Assembly: GCA_963678315.1 (NCBI GenBank)
Contig: OY782781.1
Span: 1,600,001-1,664,000 of the forward strand
DNA from: Candidatus Cloacimonadales bacterium
GTDB taxonomy: Bacteria > Cloacimonadota > Cloacimonadia > Cloacimonadales > JAFGVF01
Direction: 5' to 3'
DNA: 64,000 bases
Under the pieces are notes generated by a model. The model was not told the origin of the DNA. It searched no databases and saw only the letters and a program-made list of their open reading frames with translations. Shown here in pieces: positions 37,772 through 47,341 of the stretch. The stretch's first letter is position 1; every line of letters starts with the position of its first letter. A program made the position numbers and the translations under genes.

Positions 37772-37837
37772 TAGACCCTTACTTGCCTCTTTGAAAAAAA
37801 GCCGATTTTTCAAGGAGACCCTTAAGTTAGGAGTTAG
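37772..37837 (+). repeat. Palindromic intergenic repeat family A, copy 3
   Basis: TAGACCCTTACTTGCCTCTTTGAAAAAAAGCCGATTTTTCAAGGAGACCCTTAAGTTAGGAGTTAG. Confidence 0.9.
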
Positions 37838-37858
37838 AAGTGAGGATTTAGAAGTTAG
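37824..37858 (+). repeat. Degenerate tandem heptamer repeat x5
   Basis: AAGTTAG GAGTTAG AAGTGAG GATTTAG AAGTTAG. Confidence 0.6.
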
Positions 37859-37983
37859 ATGGAGAATAAGAATACTGATTTATAACAAAGATTCATTAAA
37901 TGCTAAGATTGAATTTGAAAAAAGATTGACATGTAATAGCTTCAGTATTGAATTAGAATCAATATAAATGGAGTTTAGCAAAG

Positions 37984-40900
37984 ATGAATATAAAAAGAGT
38001 ACTTATTGTTGTCATATTGTTGTATAGCTATTGTTATGCCTCAATAAGTAGTCATATTCAACTCACAGGCCAAGAGACTAATTGGGTTGCTGAAAATCAT
38101 AAAGTAAGAGTATGTGTGCTTAATTGGCCTCCTTATGAATCAAATATTCAAGGACTTGGTGGTATCTCTGTTGATATTATTAGAAAAATCTTTAACGAAA
38201 ATAAGATTGACTATGAACTAGTTTCTAGTGGCGATTTAACTTGGACTGAATTATTGGAAGATATTAAGTTAAAAAAGAACTTTGATTTAATTTTAACTGT
38301 GCAAGATTTACCTGAACGTCGTGAATATCTTAATTTTACCAATCCACATCTCAGATTAAAATCAGTTATCTTCACTAATAAGAAATCAACACATATCAAT
38401 AGTATAGAGGATCTTTTTGGTAAGACTATTTACGTTGCTAAAAATTATGGTATAACCAATAAGATAAGAAAGAAATATCCACAGATTAAATTACATGAAA
38501 TAGACAACAATAGAATTGACGAAACTTGCTTGTCTGCTGTAAATTCAGGTGTAGCGTTAGCATATATTGTCGATGAAAGAGTAGGACTTAATTTTATCCA
38601 AAAACTTAGACTAAAGGATATGAGAGTTTTAGCTTCTAAACCATTTGAATACACAGGTTATAGTATGGGGATTCGCAATGATTGGCCTGAATTAGCAAGT
38701 ATCATTAATAAATCATTAAAGCTAATACCTGATTCTGAAAAGAATGAGATTCTCAATGAATGGATTACGATTAAGTATGATTATGGAATAAGTATTTATC
38801 AGATTTTCAAGATTATTTTACTAGCAGTCATTGTTGTTATAGCAGTGATTTTAGTTAACTATAGGTGGAATAGGAAACTTAAGAAAATAATAAAAGAAAA
38901 AGATGCATCAGAAACTAAGTTTAGAACAATATTCAACAATACTCCAATACCTACAGCAATAACTACTATTGATAATTTGACTTATATTGCTGTTAATGAT
39001 GGTTTTACTGACATTTTAGGCTTCACTAATGACGATGTGATTGGAAAGACTCCTGTTGAATTGGGGATAATTACAAATGAGCAAAAGTACGAGAATATTA
39101 GCAACTTAGTGAAAACAGAGTCTACAAAGAACACAATAAAAAGCTCAGTATATACAAAAGATAAGAAATTACTCCAAGGTATAATCTATTCCGAAAAAAT
39201 AATATTAGATGACAAAGAATATCTAATAACATCATTCTTAGATAATTCAGCAGAGATTGAAGCCTCAATAGAAAATCAAAGATCATTAAATTTTGCTAAT
39301 ATTGTACAAAAAGTAACAACTAAGTTGATTAATATTGATTCTAACAAGTATGAAGCAGAATTAGTGAACATGTTTAGCGAAGTTGGGAAATATCTAGAAG
39401 CCAACAGTATATACATATATGAATATGACTTTGATAACAAGATAGTAGACAATATTCTAGAATGGTATAGTAGTGATTATGAAAATCTTCAAGGAGAATG
39501 TGTATCATTAGACCTAAATAAAATTCCTGAGATAATTAAACAACATCAAATGAATGAGGCTGTTGAGTTCTATGATTATCAAAATTCAGCTCCAAAGTAT
39601 CTCCGTGATCTTTTAAATCTTCAATTAATAAAGAGCTTAGTTGCTGTTCCAATATTCAATATCGAATCAGAACTGATTGCTTTTATTGGTGCAAGTTTCT
39701 TTAACACAAAAAAGGATAGTTTTGATAGAGATAAACAAGTTTTACAGCTTTTGGCGAATATCTATTTGAATACAATATCAAAAATTCGTAAAGAAGCAGA
39801 ATTAAATAAGTTAAATGAAGAACTAATTAATAAAAGTAAGGCAGCTAACTCATTTGCAATGGCTGCCAGAAAAGCAAATAATGTAAAAACTGAATTCTTG
39901 GCTAAAATGAGTCATGAAATAAGAACTCCTATAAATAGTATGATTGGTTTTACTAAATTTGTTTTAGACACTAATATAGATGATTATCAACATAAAAATC
40001 TTACTTTAGCTCTTGAATCTAGTGAAATTTTGCTGAAGATTGTTAATGACATATTACTTCTCTCTAAAATAGAATCTAATCAAGTTGAACTAGATTATAT
40101 TTCCAGCAATATCTTTGAAATAAGTAGAGAAATTGTAGAACTATTCAGACTTGATTCAGAGAAAACAGGGGTAAGCTTATATATTGATTATGATCCTTCA
40201 ATGCCTACATATATGACTATTGATTCCTTGCATTTTAAGCAAATAGTAGGAAATTTTCTTTCTAATGCTTTTAAATTCACTAAAAATGGTTATGTTGAGT
40301 TACGATACACTTTTATTGAACTAGATGAAAACAAGGGTGAGTTGCTGGTAGAAGTTGAAGATACAGGCATTGGAATCAGGGAAGATGAAAAAGATAGAAT
40401 ATATAAATCTTTTACACAAATAGATGACACCAGTACCAGAGAATATGGTGGTACAGGATTAGGATTAAGTATTTCTAATCAACTAGCTAGTATGATGGGA
40501 GGACAACTATCTTGTGAAAGTAGCATAGGTAAAGGTTCTACTTTTAGTTTAAGAATTCCAGTTGAGTATCAAAAATCTGAAGATACTTTGAAGGTGAAAG
40601 AAAGCAAAAATATATTAATACACACAGATGAACAAAAGTCTTATGATATATTAAAAAAACATGCTGAATACAATGGTTATAATGTTCTTCCTTATACACC
40701 TCATTGTGAAAACATGAATCTTAAAACTATTGATAATATTCATGTCCTTGTGATAAACTGTAATAAAAGCAATTTGATGTGTCAGAATCTATTTTATGAT
40801 GATCTTAAGGCTAATCTAAAGAAATTTAAACTTGTTATAATGTATTATTCATCACTAAACAAAAGTGTTCTAGAAAAGAAGTTTGAAAGTGCTTTTAATC

Positions 40901-41412
40901 AAAGATTCAATAAGAAACCACTTCTGCCTTACGTCTTTTTAAAAACTATAAAAGAGAATCTTGCTTTAAATGATAATAAAGCAATAAACTCTAGCCCGAG
41001 GAAAATTTTCAGGGTTTTAAGTAATAAAAAGTATTCGTTATTAGTTGTAGATGATAATAAATTGAACAGGAAATTGCTTAGTAAGATATTAGTGAAATAT
41101 CTTCCTAATGCTAGGGTTAATATTGCTGTTAATGGGCAAGAAGCTTTTGAGAAGACTATAAATGACAGTTATGATATTGTATTTATGGATATTCAAATGC
41201 CTGTCATGGATGGAATCTCCTCTGCGAAAGCAATAATCAAAAAGTTAAAGAGTTCAGCACCAACAATTGTTGCTTTAACGGCAAATACATCTGATAGTAA
41301 TAGACTAAATGCTGAAAACTCTGGAATGTCTGATTTTGTTACGAAACCAATTAATAATAATCTGCTAGTTGAAGTTCTGACTAAGCACTTAAAAATTGCA
41401 ACTGATATATAA
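37984..41412 (+). CDS. Hybrid histidine kinase with periplasmic solute-binding (SBP_bac_3-like) sensor, TM, PAS, GAF, HisKA, HATPase, degenerate REC, REC
   Basis: NWPPYE..GISVDI..ERREYLNFT..GIRNDWPELASIINKSL; MSHEIRTPIN; YGGTGLGL; VFMDIQMPVMDG. Confidence 0.92.
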   Translation: MNIKRVLIVVILLYSYCYASISSHIQLTGQETNWVAENHKVRVCVLNWPPYESNIQGLGGISVDIIRKIFNENKIDYELVSSGDLTWTELLEDIKLKKNFDLILTVQDLPERREYLNFTNPHLRLKSVIFTNKKSTHINSIEDLFGKTIYVAKNYGITNKIRKKYPQIKLHEIDNNRIDETCLSAVNSGVALAYIVDERVGLNFIQKLRLKDMRVLASKPFEYTGYSMGIRNDWPELASIINKSLKLIPDSEKNEILNEWITIKYDYGISIYQIFKIILLAVIVVIAVILVNYRWNRKLKKIIKEKDASETKFRTIFNNTPIPTAITTIDNLTYIAVNDGFTDILGFTNDDVIGKTPVELGIITNEQKYENISNLVKTESTKNTIKSSVYTKDKKLLQGIIYSEKIILDDKEYLITSFLDNSAEIEASIENQRSLNFANIVQKVTTKLINIDSNKYEAELVNMFSEVGKYLEANSIYIYEYDFDNKIVDNILEWYSSDYENLQGECVSLDLNKIPEIIKQHQMNEAVEFYDYQNSAPKYLRDLLNLQLIKSLVAVPIFNIESELIAFIGASFFNTKKDSFDRDKQVLQLLANIYLNTISKIRKEAELNKLNEELINKSKAANSFAMAARKANNVKTEFLAKMSHEIRTPINSMIGFTKFVLDTNIDDYQHKNLTLALESSEILLKIVNDILLLSKIESNQVELDYISSNIFEISREIVELFRLDSEKTGVSLYIDYDPSMPTYMTIDSLHFKQIVGNFLSNAFKFTKNGYVELRYTFIELDENKGELLVEVEDTGIGIREDEKDRIYKSFTQIDDTSTREYGGTGLGLSISNQLASMMGGQLSCESSIGKGSTFSLRIPVEYQKSEDTLKVKESKNILIHTDEQKSYDILKKHAEYNGYNVLPYTPHCENMNLKTIDNIHVLVINCNKSNLMCQNLFYDDLKANLKKFKLVIMYYSSLNKSVLEKKFESAFNQRFNKKPLLPYVFLKTIKENLALNDNKAINSSPRKIFRVLSNKKYSLLVVDDNKLNRKLLSKILVKYLPNARVNIAVNGQEAFEKTINDSYDIVFMDIQMPVMDGISSAKAIIKKLKSSAPTIVALTANTSDSNRLNAENSGMSDFVTKPINNNLLVEVLTKHLKIATDI

Positions 41413-41452
41413 TCAAAAATCTAGCTCACTAAATTAATATAGACAGATATTC

Positions 41453-42106
41453 TTATCTGTGTGAATATAAACCAAGTTCCTCTATAACACTTAGATAAAT
41501 GTCATAAGCTTGTTCAATTTTGTCCTTAGTAAACCTATTGCTAGGTCCACTAAAGGCTATACAACCTACAATCTGATCCTTATTCCTGTAAGGAATTGCC
41601 ATGCAATTCATGCCCTCATACACATATTCAAGATCTACAGTATAATCTTTATTAAAATTCTCGTCCATAAATACCTGAGCTACCGCAGTATTCGATGGTA
41701 AATCTATGAATTGCCCTTCTTCAGGTACTACTTTAAGAGGCTTGGATGATAATATATAGTCATGATAGTAGAATCTATCGCCTACTTTAATAGCAAAATA
41801 GACAGTTTCGTCAACAATTTCAACAAGTTTTTGGAGAAGGTTATGTATCTTATTACTAATCCCTGATTCTTCCATATATGAAAGACCTAATCTGAGGCTA
41901 TTCAATCCTAGCCCATATTCTAATCCATTATTTATTCTGGAAACTTGCCCTTCATATTCTAATGTCTGCAAAATTCCGAATGCCGTAGATGTTTTTAATC
42001 CTGTTTCATTACAGATATCATTTAACTTTATAGATCCTTTATCTGCAATCAGATTTAGAATCTTTGCTGCTCTTTGAATAGATTGTATATATTTCTTTTC
42101 GTTCAT
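41453..42106 (-). CDS. IclR-family transcriptional regulator (short)
   Basis: IQSIQRAAKIL, TGLKTSTAFGILQTL, VDETVY, CMAIP..FSGPSNRF. Confidence 0.9.
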   Translation of the reverse strand: MNEKKYIQSIQRAAKILNLIADKGSIKLNDICNETGLKTSTAFGILQTLEYEGQVSRINNGLEYGLGLNSLRLGLSYMEESGISNKIHNLLQKLVEIVDETVYFAIKVGDRFYYHDYILSSKPLKVVPEEGQFIDLPSNTAVAQVFMDENFNKDYTVDLEYVYEGMNCMAIPYRNKDQIVGCIAFSGPSNRFTKDKIEQAYDIYLSVIEELGLYSHR

Positions 42107-42184
42107 TACTTCCTCTTCATTCTATTGTCTGCATAATCACAAACATTGTATAATCTCAGCTAATGCAATTACATATTCAATATT

Positions 42185-42204
42185 TGTTTGAAATATGTCA
42201 AACA
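42185..42204. promoter_or_regulatory. Palindrome overlapping the minus-strand TTGACA of the iclR promoter (candidate operator)
   Basis: TGTTTGA-aatatg-TCAAACA. Confidence 0.4.
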
Positions 42205-42237
42205 ATAAAATAATTCAATATTATAGAAAAAAATATA

Positions 42238-42270
42238 TTGACAGTAATATAGTGTTCGGCAATATAGGAA
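42238..42270 (+). promoter_or_regulatory. Putative promoter of the SDR gene with overlapping IclR-like imperfect palindrome
   Basis: TTGACA-N16-CAATAT; TTCGGCAATATAGGAA overlaps the -10. Confidence 0.45.
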
Positions 42271-42309
42271 ATATATTTATAATGTAATAAGTTAAAGGAG
42301 AACAGATTT

Positions 42310-43092
42310 ATGAAACTTAACGGAAAAGTAGCTCTAGTAACAGGCGCAGCAGCAGGTATTGGATATTGTATTACAAAACGTCTTTTAGAAGATGGAGCAG
42401 CTGTTGCTATGGTTGATATAGACGGTGATGGTGTAGTAAAAGCAGCTAAAGAACTTGCTGTAGATGGCGCGAAGGTTACCACTTTTGTTGCAGATGTAAG
42501 TAACAGAGATCAAGTTTTTGCAGCTGTGGGACATGCTGTAGCTGAATTGGGTGGACTTGATATTATGATTAACAATGCAGGAATCGCAGGTGCTCCTCAT
42601 AGTATCATGGATATTACCGAAGATGAGATGAACTTCATCCAGAAAGTTAACGTAAATAGTGTTTTATGGGGAACTCAAGCAGCAGCAGAAGTTTTCAAGA
42701 AGAACGGAACAAAAGGTAAAATTATTTCAGCTTCTTCAATCGCAGGACACGAAGGTTTCCCAATGTTAGCAGCATATTGTGCTACTAAATTTGCAATCAG
42801 AGCTTTAACTCAATCTTCAGCAAAAGAATTGGCTGCTTTTGGTATTACAGTTAATGCTTATTGTCCAGGTGTAGTTGCAACTCCTTTATGGGAAAAACTT
42901 GATGAAGATTTCGCAGACGAAACAGGTGCTGGAAAAGGTGATACATTTAATAACTTCGCAAGTGGAGCTGTATTAGGTAGACCTCAAACTCCTGAAGATG
43001 TTGCTAATCTTGTTTCTTACCTAGCTGGTCCAGACAGTGACTTTATGACAGGTCAAGCTGTTATTATGGATGGCGGAATGATATATCGCTAG
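42310..43092 (+). CDS. budC: SDR, acetoin(diacetyl) reductase / 2,3-butanediol dehydrogenase
   Basis: TGAAAGIG, NNAG, SSIAGHEG, YCATK, GITVNAYCPG, PEDVANLVSYLAGPDSDFMTGQ. Confidence 0.8.
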   Translation: MKLNGKVALVTGAAAGIGYCITKRLLEDGAAVAMVDIDGDGVVKAAKELAVDGAKVTTFVADVSNRDQVFAAVGHAVAELGGLDIMINNAGIAGAPHSIMDITEDEMNFIQKVNVNSVLWGTQAAAEVFKKNGTKGKIISASSIAGHEGFPMLAAYCATKFAIRALTQSSAKELAAFGITVNAYCPGVVATPLWEKLDEDFADETGAGKGDTFNNFASGAVLGRPQTPEDVANLVSYLAGPDSDFMTGQAVIMDGGMIYR

Positions 43093-43116
43093 AATGTAAA
43101 TATTAAACTATAAATT

Positions 43117-43143
43117 AAGGCTCGATTGATTCGGGCCTTTTTT
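43117..43143 (+). terminator. Intrinsic terminator
   Basis: AAGGCTCGA-ttgat-TCGGGCCTT followed by a T run. Confidence 0.8.
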
Positions 43144-43289
43144 ACATAAATCATAACTATGGTCAAACCCAAATAATGTCTAATACATCAACCGAAATAA
43201 AAGGATTATGAACTTAGATTATTCTTTGTCTGATAATATTATCATTGACATGAATCTGCATCATAATTTTTATTAAAAAAAAGGATGTA

Positions 43290-44645
43290 ATGATTATGAA
43301 AAAATGTATTATATATGTAATTTTGGCTTTAATAATAACAAATATATGCTCAGTTACAGTTTTATTTGACAGGACAAAAGATGAATTAGCAGGTAACGCA
43401 GATTGGACTATTGGTTATTCTCCTAACTGGACAGGGGGGTATTCAGAATTTGGTCAAGCTTTGAGAGATTTAGGCTATAACACCCAGACTCTTACAGGTA
43501 GCAATATCTCTTCAAGCGACTTACAGAACGTTGATGTTTTTGTAATTCCAGAACCACAAGAGTCATTCTCTTATAGCGAAAGAACTGCTATTCTTAACTT
43601 TGTTGATAATGGTGGCGGACTCTTTATTATTGCTAATCATGTAGGTTCTGACAGATCAAATAATGGATGGGATTCTCCAAGAGTTTATAATGAATCCCTT
43701 AATATAGAAAGCAATTTCGGTTTTACATTTATTGATGTAGGAAGTTTATATGTTGACCCTACTACTATGTTTGAAAGCCCAAGAGGTCCAATTACTGAAG
43801 GTTTATCTTCAGTGGGAATGTATGCCGGTTCTGCAATAGAAGTTACAGGAACAGATGTAGTAACTAATGTTTATCTTAGAAACTTTAATGAATCTGGTAT
43901 GGTCTCATTGGAATATGGCTCAGGAAGAGTAGTTGCATGGGGGGATAGCTCTCCTTGGGATGATGGAACTGGTAATTCAGGTAATAATTTATATGATGGC
44001 TGGACTGACCATGATAATGCCCAATGGGGATTAAATGTTATTGCTTGGTTAGCAGGAGAAGGTGCTCCGCAAGTAGAAACTAATTTTGCAAATGTTAACT
44101 TCCCTCAAGAAGTAGCTGTTGGTAATCCAATCAATGTATCTTGTAATATTTCTGCTGTAAATGCAAATGTTACTCGAGCTTACTTATATTGGAATACAGG
44201 TAGTGGTTTCCATCCAACTTCAATGACTTCTAGTGGAACATTATTCAATGTAACTATTCCTGCACAAGAAGAAGCTACAGAAGTTTCTTTCTATATTCAA
44301 GCTATCCTAAGCAATAACCAATATGGCTATTTTCCGGAAGGTGCTCCAAACGAACTAGAAACCATTGTAGTTAGTCCAGTTAGTAACTATGATGATGTTG
44401 AGCCAATAGAAAGCATATTTTCTGTTTATCCTAACCCCTGTAACTTAACTGAACAAGACTTAAAGATTTCAACAAATAAAGAGCAAACTATTAAAATTTA
44501 TGATATTAAGGGACGATTAATAGAAAGACTTGTCGTTCAAAATGAGAAGACCTTTAATAAGGGTGATTTATCAAGTAAACTTAATTCGGGAACTTATATA
44601 TTCAAAAGCAAAGACTATGTTCAAAAAGTGAGTATAATAAAATAA
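43290..44645 (+). CDS. Secreted protein: GATase-like/DUF4350-type domain, Ig-like domain, T9SS type-A-like sorting tail
   Basis: Signal peptide; VLFD..AGNADW, DVFVIPEP, FVDNGGGLF, GRVVAWGDSS; tail SVYPNP..IYDIKGRLI..LNSGTYIF..KVSIIK. Confidence 0.75.
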   Translation: MIMKKCIIYVILALIITNICSVTVLFDRTKDELAGNADWTIGYSPNWTGGYSEFGQALRDLGYNTQTLTGSNISSSDLQNVDVFVIPEPQESFSYSERTAILNFVDNGGGLFIIANHVGSDRSNNGWDSPRVYNESLNIESNFGFTFIDVGSLYVDPTTMFESPRGPITEGLSSVGMYAGSAIEVTGTDVVTNVYLRNFNESGMVSLEYGSGRVVAWGDSSPWDDGTGNSGNNLYDGWTDHDNAQWGLNVIAWLAGEGAPQVETNFANVNFPQEVAVGNPINVSCNISAVNANVTRAYLYWNTGSGFHPTSMTSSGTLFNVTIPAQEEATEVSFYIQAILSNNQYGYFPEGAPNELETIVVSPVSNYDDVEPIESIFSVYPNPCNLTEQDLKISTNKEQTIKIYDIKGRLIERLVVQNEKTFNKGDLSSKLNSGTYIFKSKDYVQKVSIIK

Positions 44646-45445
44646 TGAAAGATAATTTTTACCATAAAAAGAAGTGGGGACAGAACTTTCTTAAAGACAA
44701 GAATATTGTTGAAAAGATAGTTAGAGAATCAAAGATTACTAAAGATGATAAAATTTGGGAGATTGGTCCTGGAATGGGGATTCTCACAGAAGCAATATTG
44801 AAAGTTAGTCCTCAACTTACAGCTTTTGAAATAGATGACGAAGTGATTGAAATCATCAAAGAACGCTTTGGTCAACGTATATCTCTAATCAAAGGGGATG
44901 TAATTAAGTTAGATTGGAGTAAATATCTACAGGATAATATTAAGATTGTAGCTAACATTCCTTATCAAATAACTTCACCATTATTGTATAAGATCTGTAA
45001 TAATTGCGATAAGATTGATACAGCAACTTTGATGGTTCAGAAAGAATTTGCAGATAGATTAAGAGCTAAGCCAAATACCAAAGAGTATGCAGCCTTAACT
45101 ATTAAAACCCAGTTCTTCTATAATGTGAAAATGTTATTCAAAGTTCCGGCACATGTATTCAATCCACCACCAAGAGTAGATTCTGCAATTATTCATCTTG
45201 AATTAAGAAAAGATATTCCTCAAATAGATAACTTAAAATTGTTCAATAAATTGGTAGATGCAGCATTTGCCATGAGAAGAAAGACTTTAAGAAACAACCT
45301 GAAAGCTTTTATTGGAGCAGACAATGTTGCTAGAATGGATCAAGATAACATAATCGACCTAAGAAGACGTGGAGAATCTCTGAGTGAAGAAGAGTATCTT
45401 AGCATTTATCATTATCTTAATGATAAGCTCAAGTTTACTTGCTAA
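44645..45445 (+). CDS. rsmA: 16S rRNA m6(2)A1518/1519 dimethyltransferase
   Basis: KKWGQNFL, EIGPGMG, VANIPYQITS, MVQKE, FNPPPRVDS, RRKTLRNNL. Confidence 0.97.
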   Translation: MKDNFYHKKKWGQNFLKDKNIVEKIVRESKITKDDKIWEIGPGMGILTEAILKVSPQLTAFEIDDEVIEIIKERFGQRISLIKGDVIKLDWSKYLQDNIKIVANIPYQITSPLLYKICNNCDKIDTATLMVQKEFADRLRAKPNTKEYAALTIKTQFFYNVKMLFKVPAHVFNPPPRVDSAIIHLELRKDIPQIDNLKLFNKLVDAAFAMRRKTLRNNLKAFIGADNVARMDQDNIIDLRRRGESLSEEEYLSIYHYLNDKLKFTC

Positions 45446-47195
45446 GTTAGAATTTAAATCTACTTATCACGAGTATAACAAGAATCACCAGTTCGATTAC
45501 TTGCTTGATTATAATTATATAAACGATAAGCTTGAACTAGATCTTGAGAATAGCTTAAGAAAGCTTAATAATAAGGTTTTCGACCAAGTTAATTCACAAA
45601 GTAATTATACCGCAATACTTTCTTATAAGTTTCCTAAATTCTATAATGGGCTAATTGTATCTTACCAAAATGTATATGATCATTATCCTGAATATCATAG
45701 AGAGGGTGATGTGAAACAGAATAGCTATACTACTGGATATTACCTGAATTATTCTGTTACAGATAGTCTTTCTTTGCGTGGAGAAACTAAGATATTATAT
45801 GATATTCTTGATGATCCTAATATTCGTAAAGATGAGTTTAATAGGAAAGGATATAAATCAAGTTTAGTAGGTAATTGGGGCTTATCTCTACATGAAAATG
45901 ATATACATCTCAATTTCAACTATGCTAATGAAAATAAAACTAATAACTACATTAATCAGTTAAAATCATATTTAAACCATAGTTATCAATCAGACTACTT
46001 AAATGTTATGAACAATATCAGTTTTAATACTTCTAAAAATGATATTTATACCTTAGTGGGGGATACTCTTGTAGGTTATGATTATTCCCAAACCAATTCT
46101 CAGTTAAAAGATGATTTCAATATAAGAAGTATAATTGAAACATCAATTACTGATAGATTTGGCTTTGTTCTTAACAGTAATTTCAATAAGAGCAATAGTA
46201 GGTATGACTCTAGTACTAATAAGAATAGTAAGAATCTTTCCTATGACTTCTTTTTAGAAAGTGAATATTTGGCTACTAATTGGATGTCACTTCTTGTTAA
46301 TCTAGATTATGGTCAGATTGAGAAAGACTTCTTTCAAACAAGTAATAACAGGAATATTGAGAACATAAAAACTGTTTTCGGTGTTAACTTTAACAATATC
46401 TATCTAGATTCGTTATCGGTAAGGCAATCATTGGAGAAAGTAACAACTAATTACCCAAACTCAACTTATGGCTTGGATAATGATTTAATAACCGAAATCA
46501 CTCAAGTATCAATGAGAAAGATGTTGATCGATAGAGTTAATCTAAAGAACTATTTTACTTATAGTAAGTGGGAAGAGGTTAATATAAGTTCTAACTTATC
46601 AGCAAATAACAATATCAGAACTTCTTACTTCTTTAATCCTCAATTAGAGATTCTTTTTGGAGATAAGTTATTGCTTACACAAGATTATACAATAAAAATT
46701 GATTATGATGACTATGTTTATGATAGCTATAATTATGATTACGACAACATCAATCTATATGATAGGTACTATAGACAAGTCTCTGCAGAATACAAGCTAG
46801 AATACAATAATTCCCCAATTATTGCAGGGATGGATAATAATATATGGGAGATACCTGATAGACTATCTAAAAGATCCGATAATTTAGGAGTTACTCTTTC
46901 ATACAAGTATTTTGCTAATGAAGCTGGAGATAAACGTAGTTCTGTCTATATCATCAACGGTCAAAACAAAAGAAATGAGATGTATTTAGAAGTTAAGAAG
47001 AAGTATGAAGATTTCTCTTTAACTGTAAAACCTCAACTAGAGTGGGGAGACTCTGAAATATATGAACTTGTATCTTTAATCAATTATGAATATGCAAGAA
47101 ATATAAATTTCCTACTAAGAATTAAACCTAAAATAGATGTTGATAAAGATGAGGTAATTTATACTGTTGATAGTGAAATCAGTTTAAGATTTTAG
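45384..47195 (+). CDS. Hypothetical outer-membrane beta-barrel protein
   Basis: GTG start with GGAG RBS, signal peptide, Tyr/Asn-rich alternating beta strands, C-terminal Phe (SEISLRF). Confidence 0.7.
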   Translation: MKKSILAFIIILMISSSLLAKLEFKSTYHEYNKNHQFDYLLDYNYINDKLELDLENSLRKLNNKVFDQVNSQSNYTAILSYKFPKFYNGLIVSYQNVYDHYPEYHREGDVKQNSYTTGYYLNYSVTDSLSLRGETKILYDILDDPNIRKDEFNRKGYKSSLVGNWGLSLHENDIHLNFNYANENKTNNYINQLKSYLNHSYQSDYLNVMNNISFNTSKNDIYTLVGDTLVGYDYSQTNSQLKDDFNIRSIIETSITDRFGFVLNSNFNKSNSRYDSSTNKNSKNLSYDFFLESEYLATNWMSLLVNLDYGQIEKDFFQTSNNRNIENIKTVFGVNFNNIYLDSLSVRQSLEKVTTNYPNSTYGLDNDLITEITQVSMRKMLIDRVNLKNYFTYSKWEEVNISSNLSANNNIRTSYFFNPQLEILFGDKLLLTQDYTIKIDYDDYVYDSYNYDYDNINLYDRYYRQVSAEYKLEYNNSPIIAGMDNNIWEIPDRLSKRSDNLGVTLSYKYFANEAGDKRSSVYIINGQNKRNEMYLEVKKKYEDFSLTVKPQLEWGDSEIYELVSLINYEYARNINFLLRIKPKIDVDKDEVIYTVDSEISLRF

Positions 47196-47341
47196 TTATT
47201 TCATTCTATTTATTAGCAAAGTGCTTTTGCTGAGCAGACTTAATTCTAGTAAAGTATAAATTAATAAATAAATATAAAATTTAGTTTGACTTAATTAAAT
47301 AAGCAATTAATTTTTGAACAAATGACAAATGAGAGACTCAG

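Noticed and set aside
47213..47235. Imperfect palindrome upstream of uvrA as an SOS box
   Set aside because: It matches no LexA box I can recognise and does not recur upstream of nth or the Dna2-like gene; it is more likely a weak hairpin after the barrel gene.
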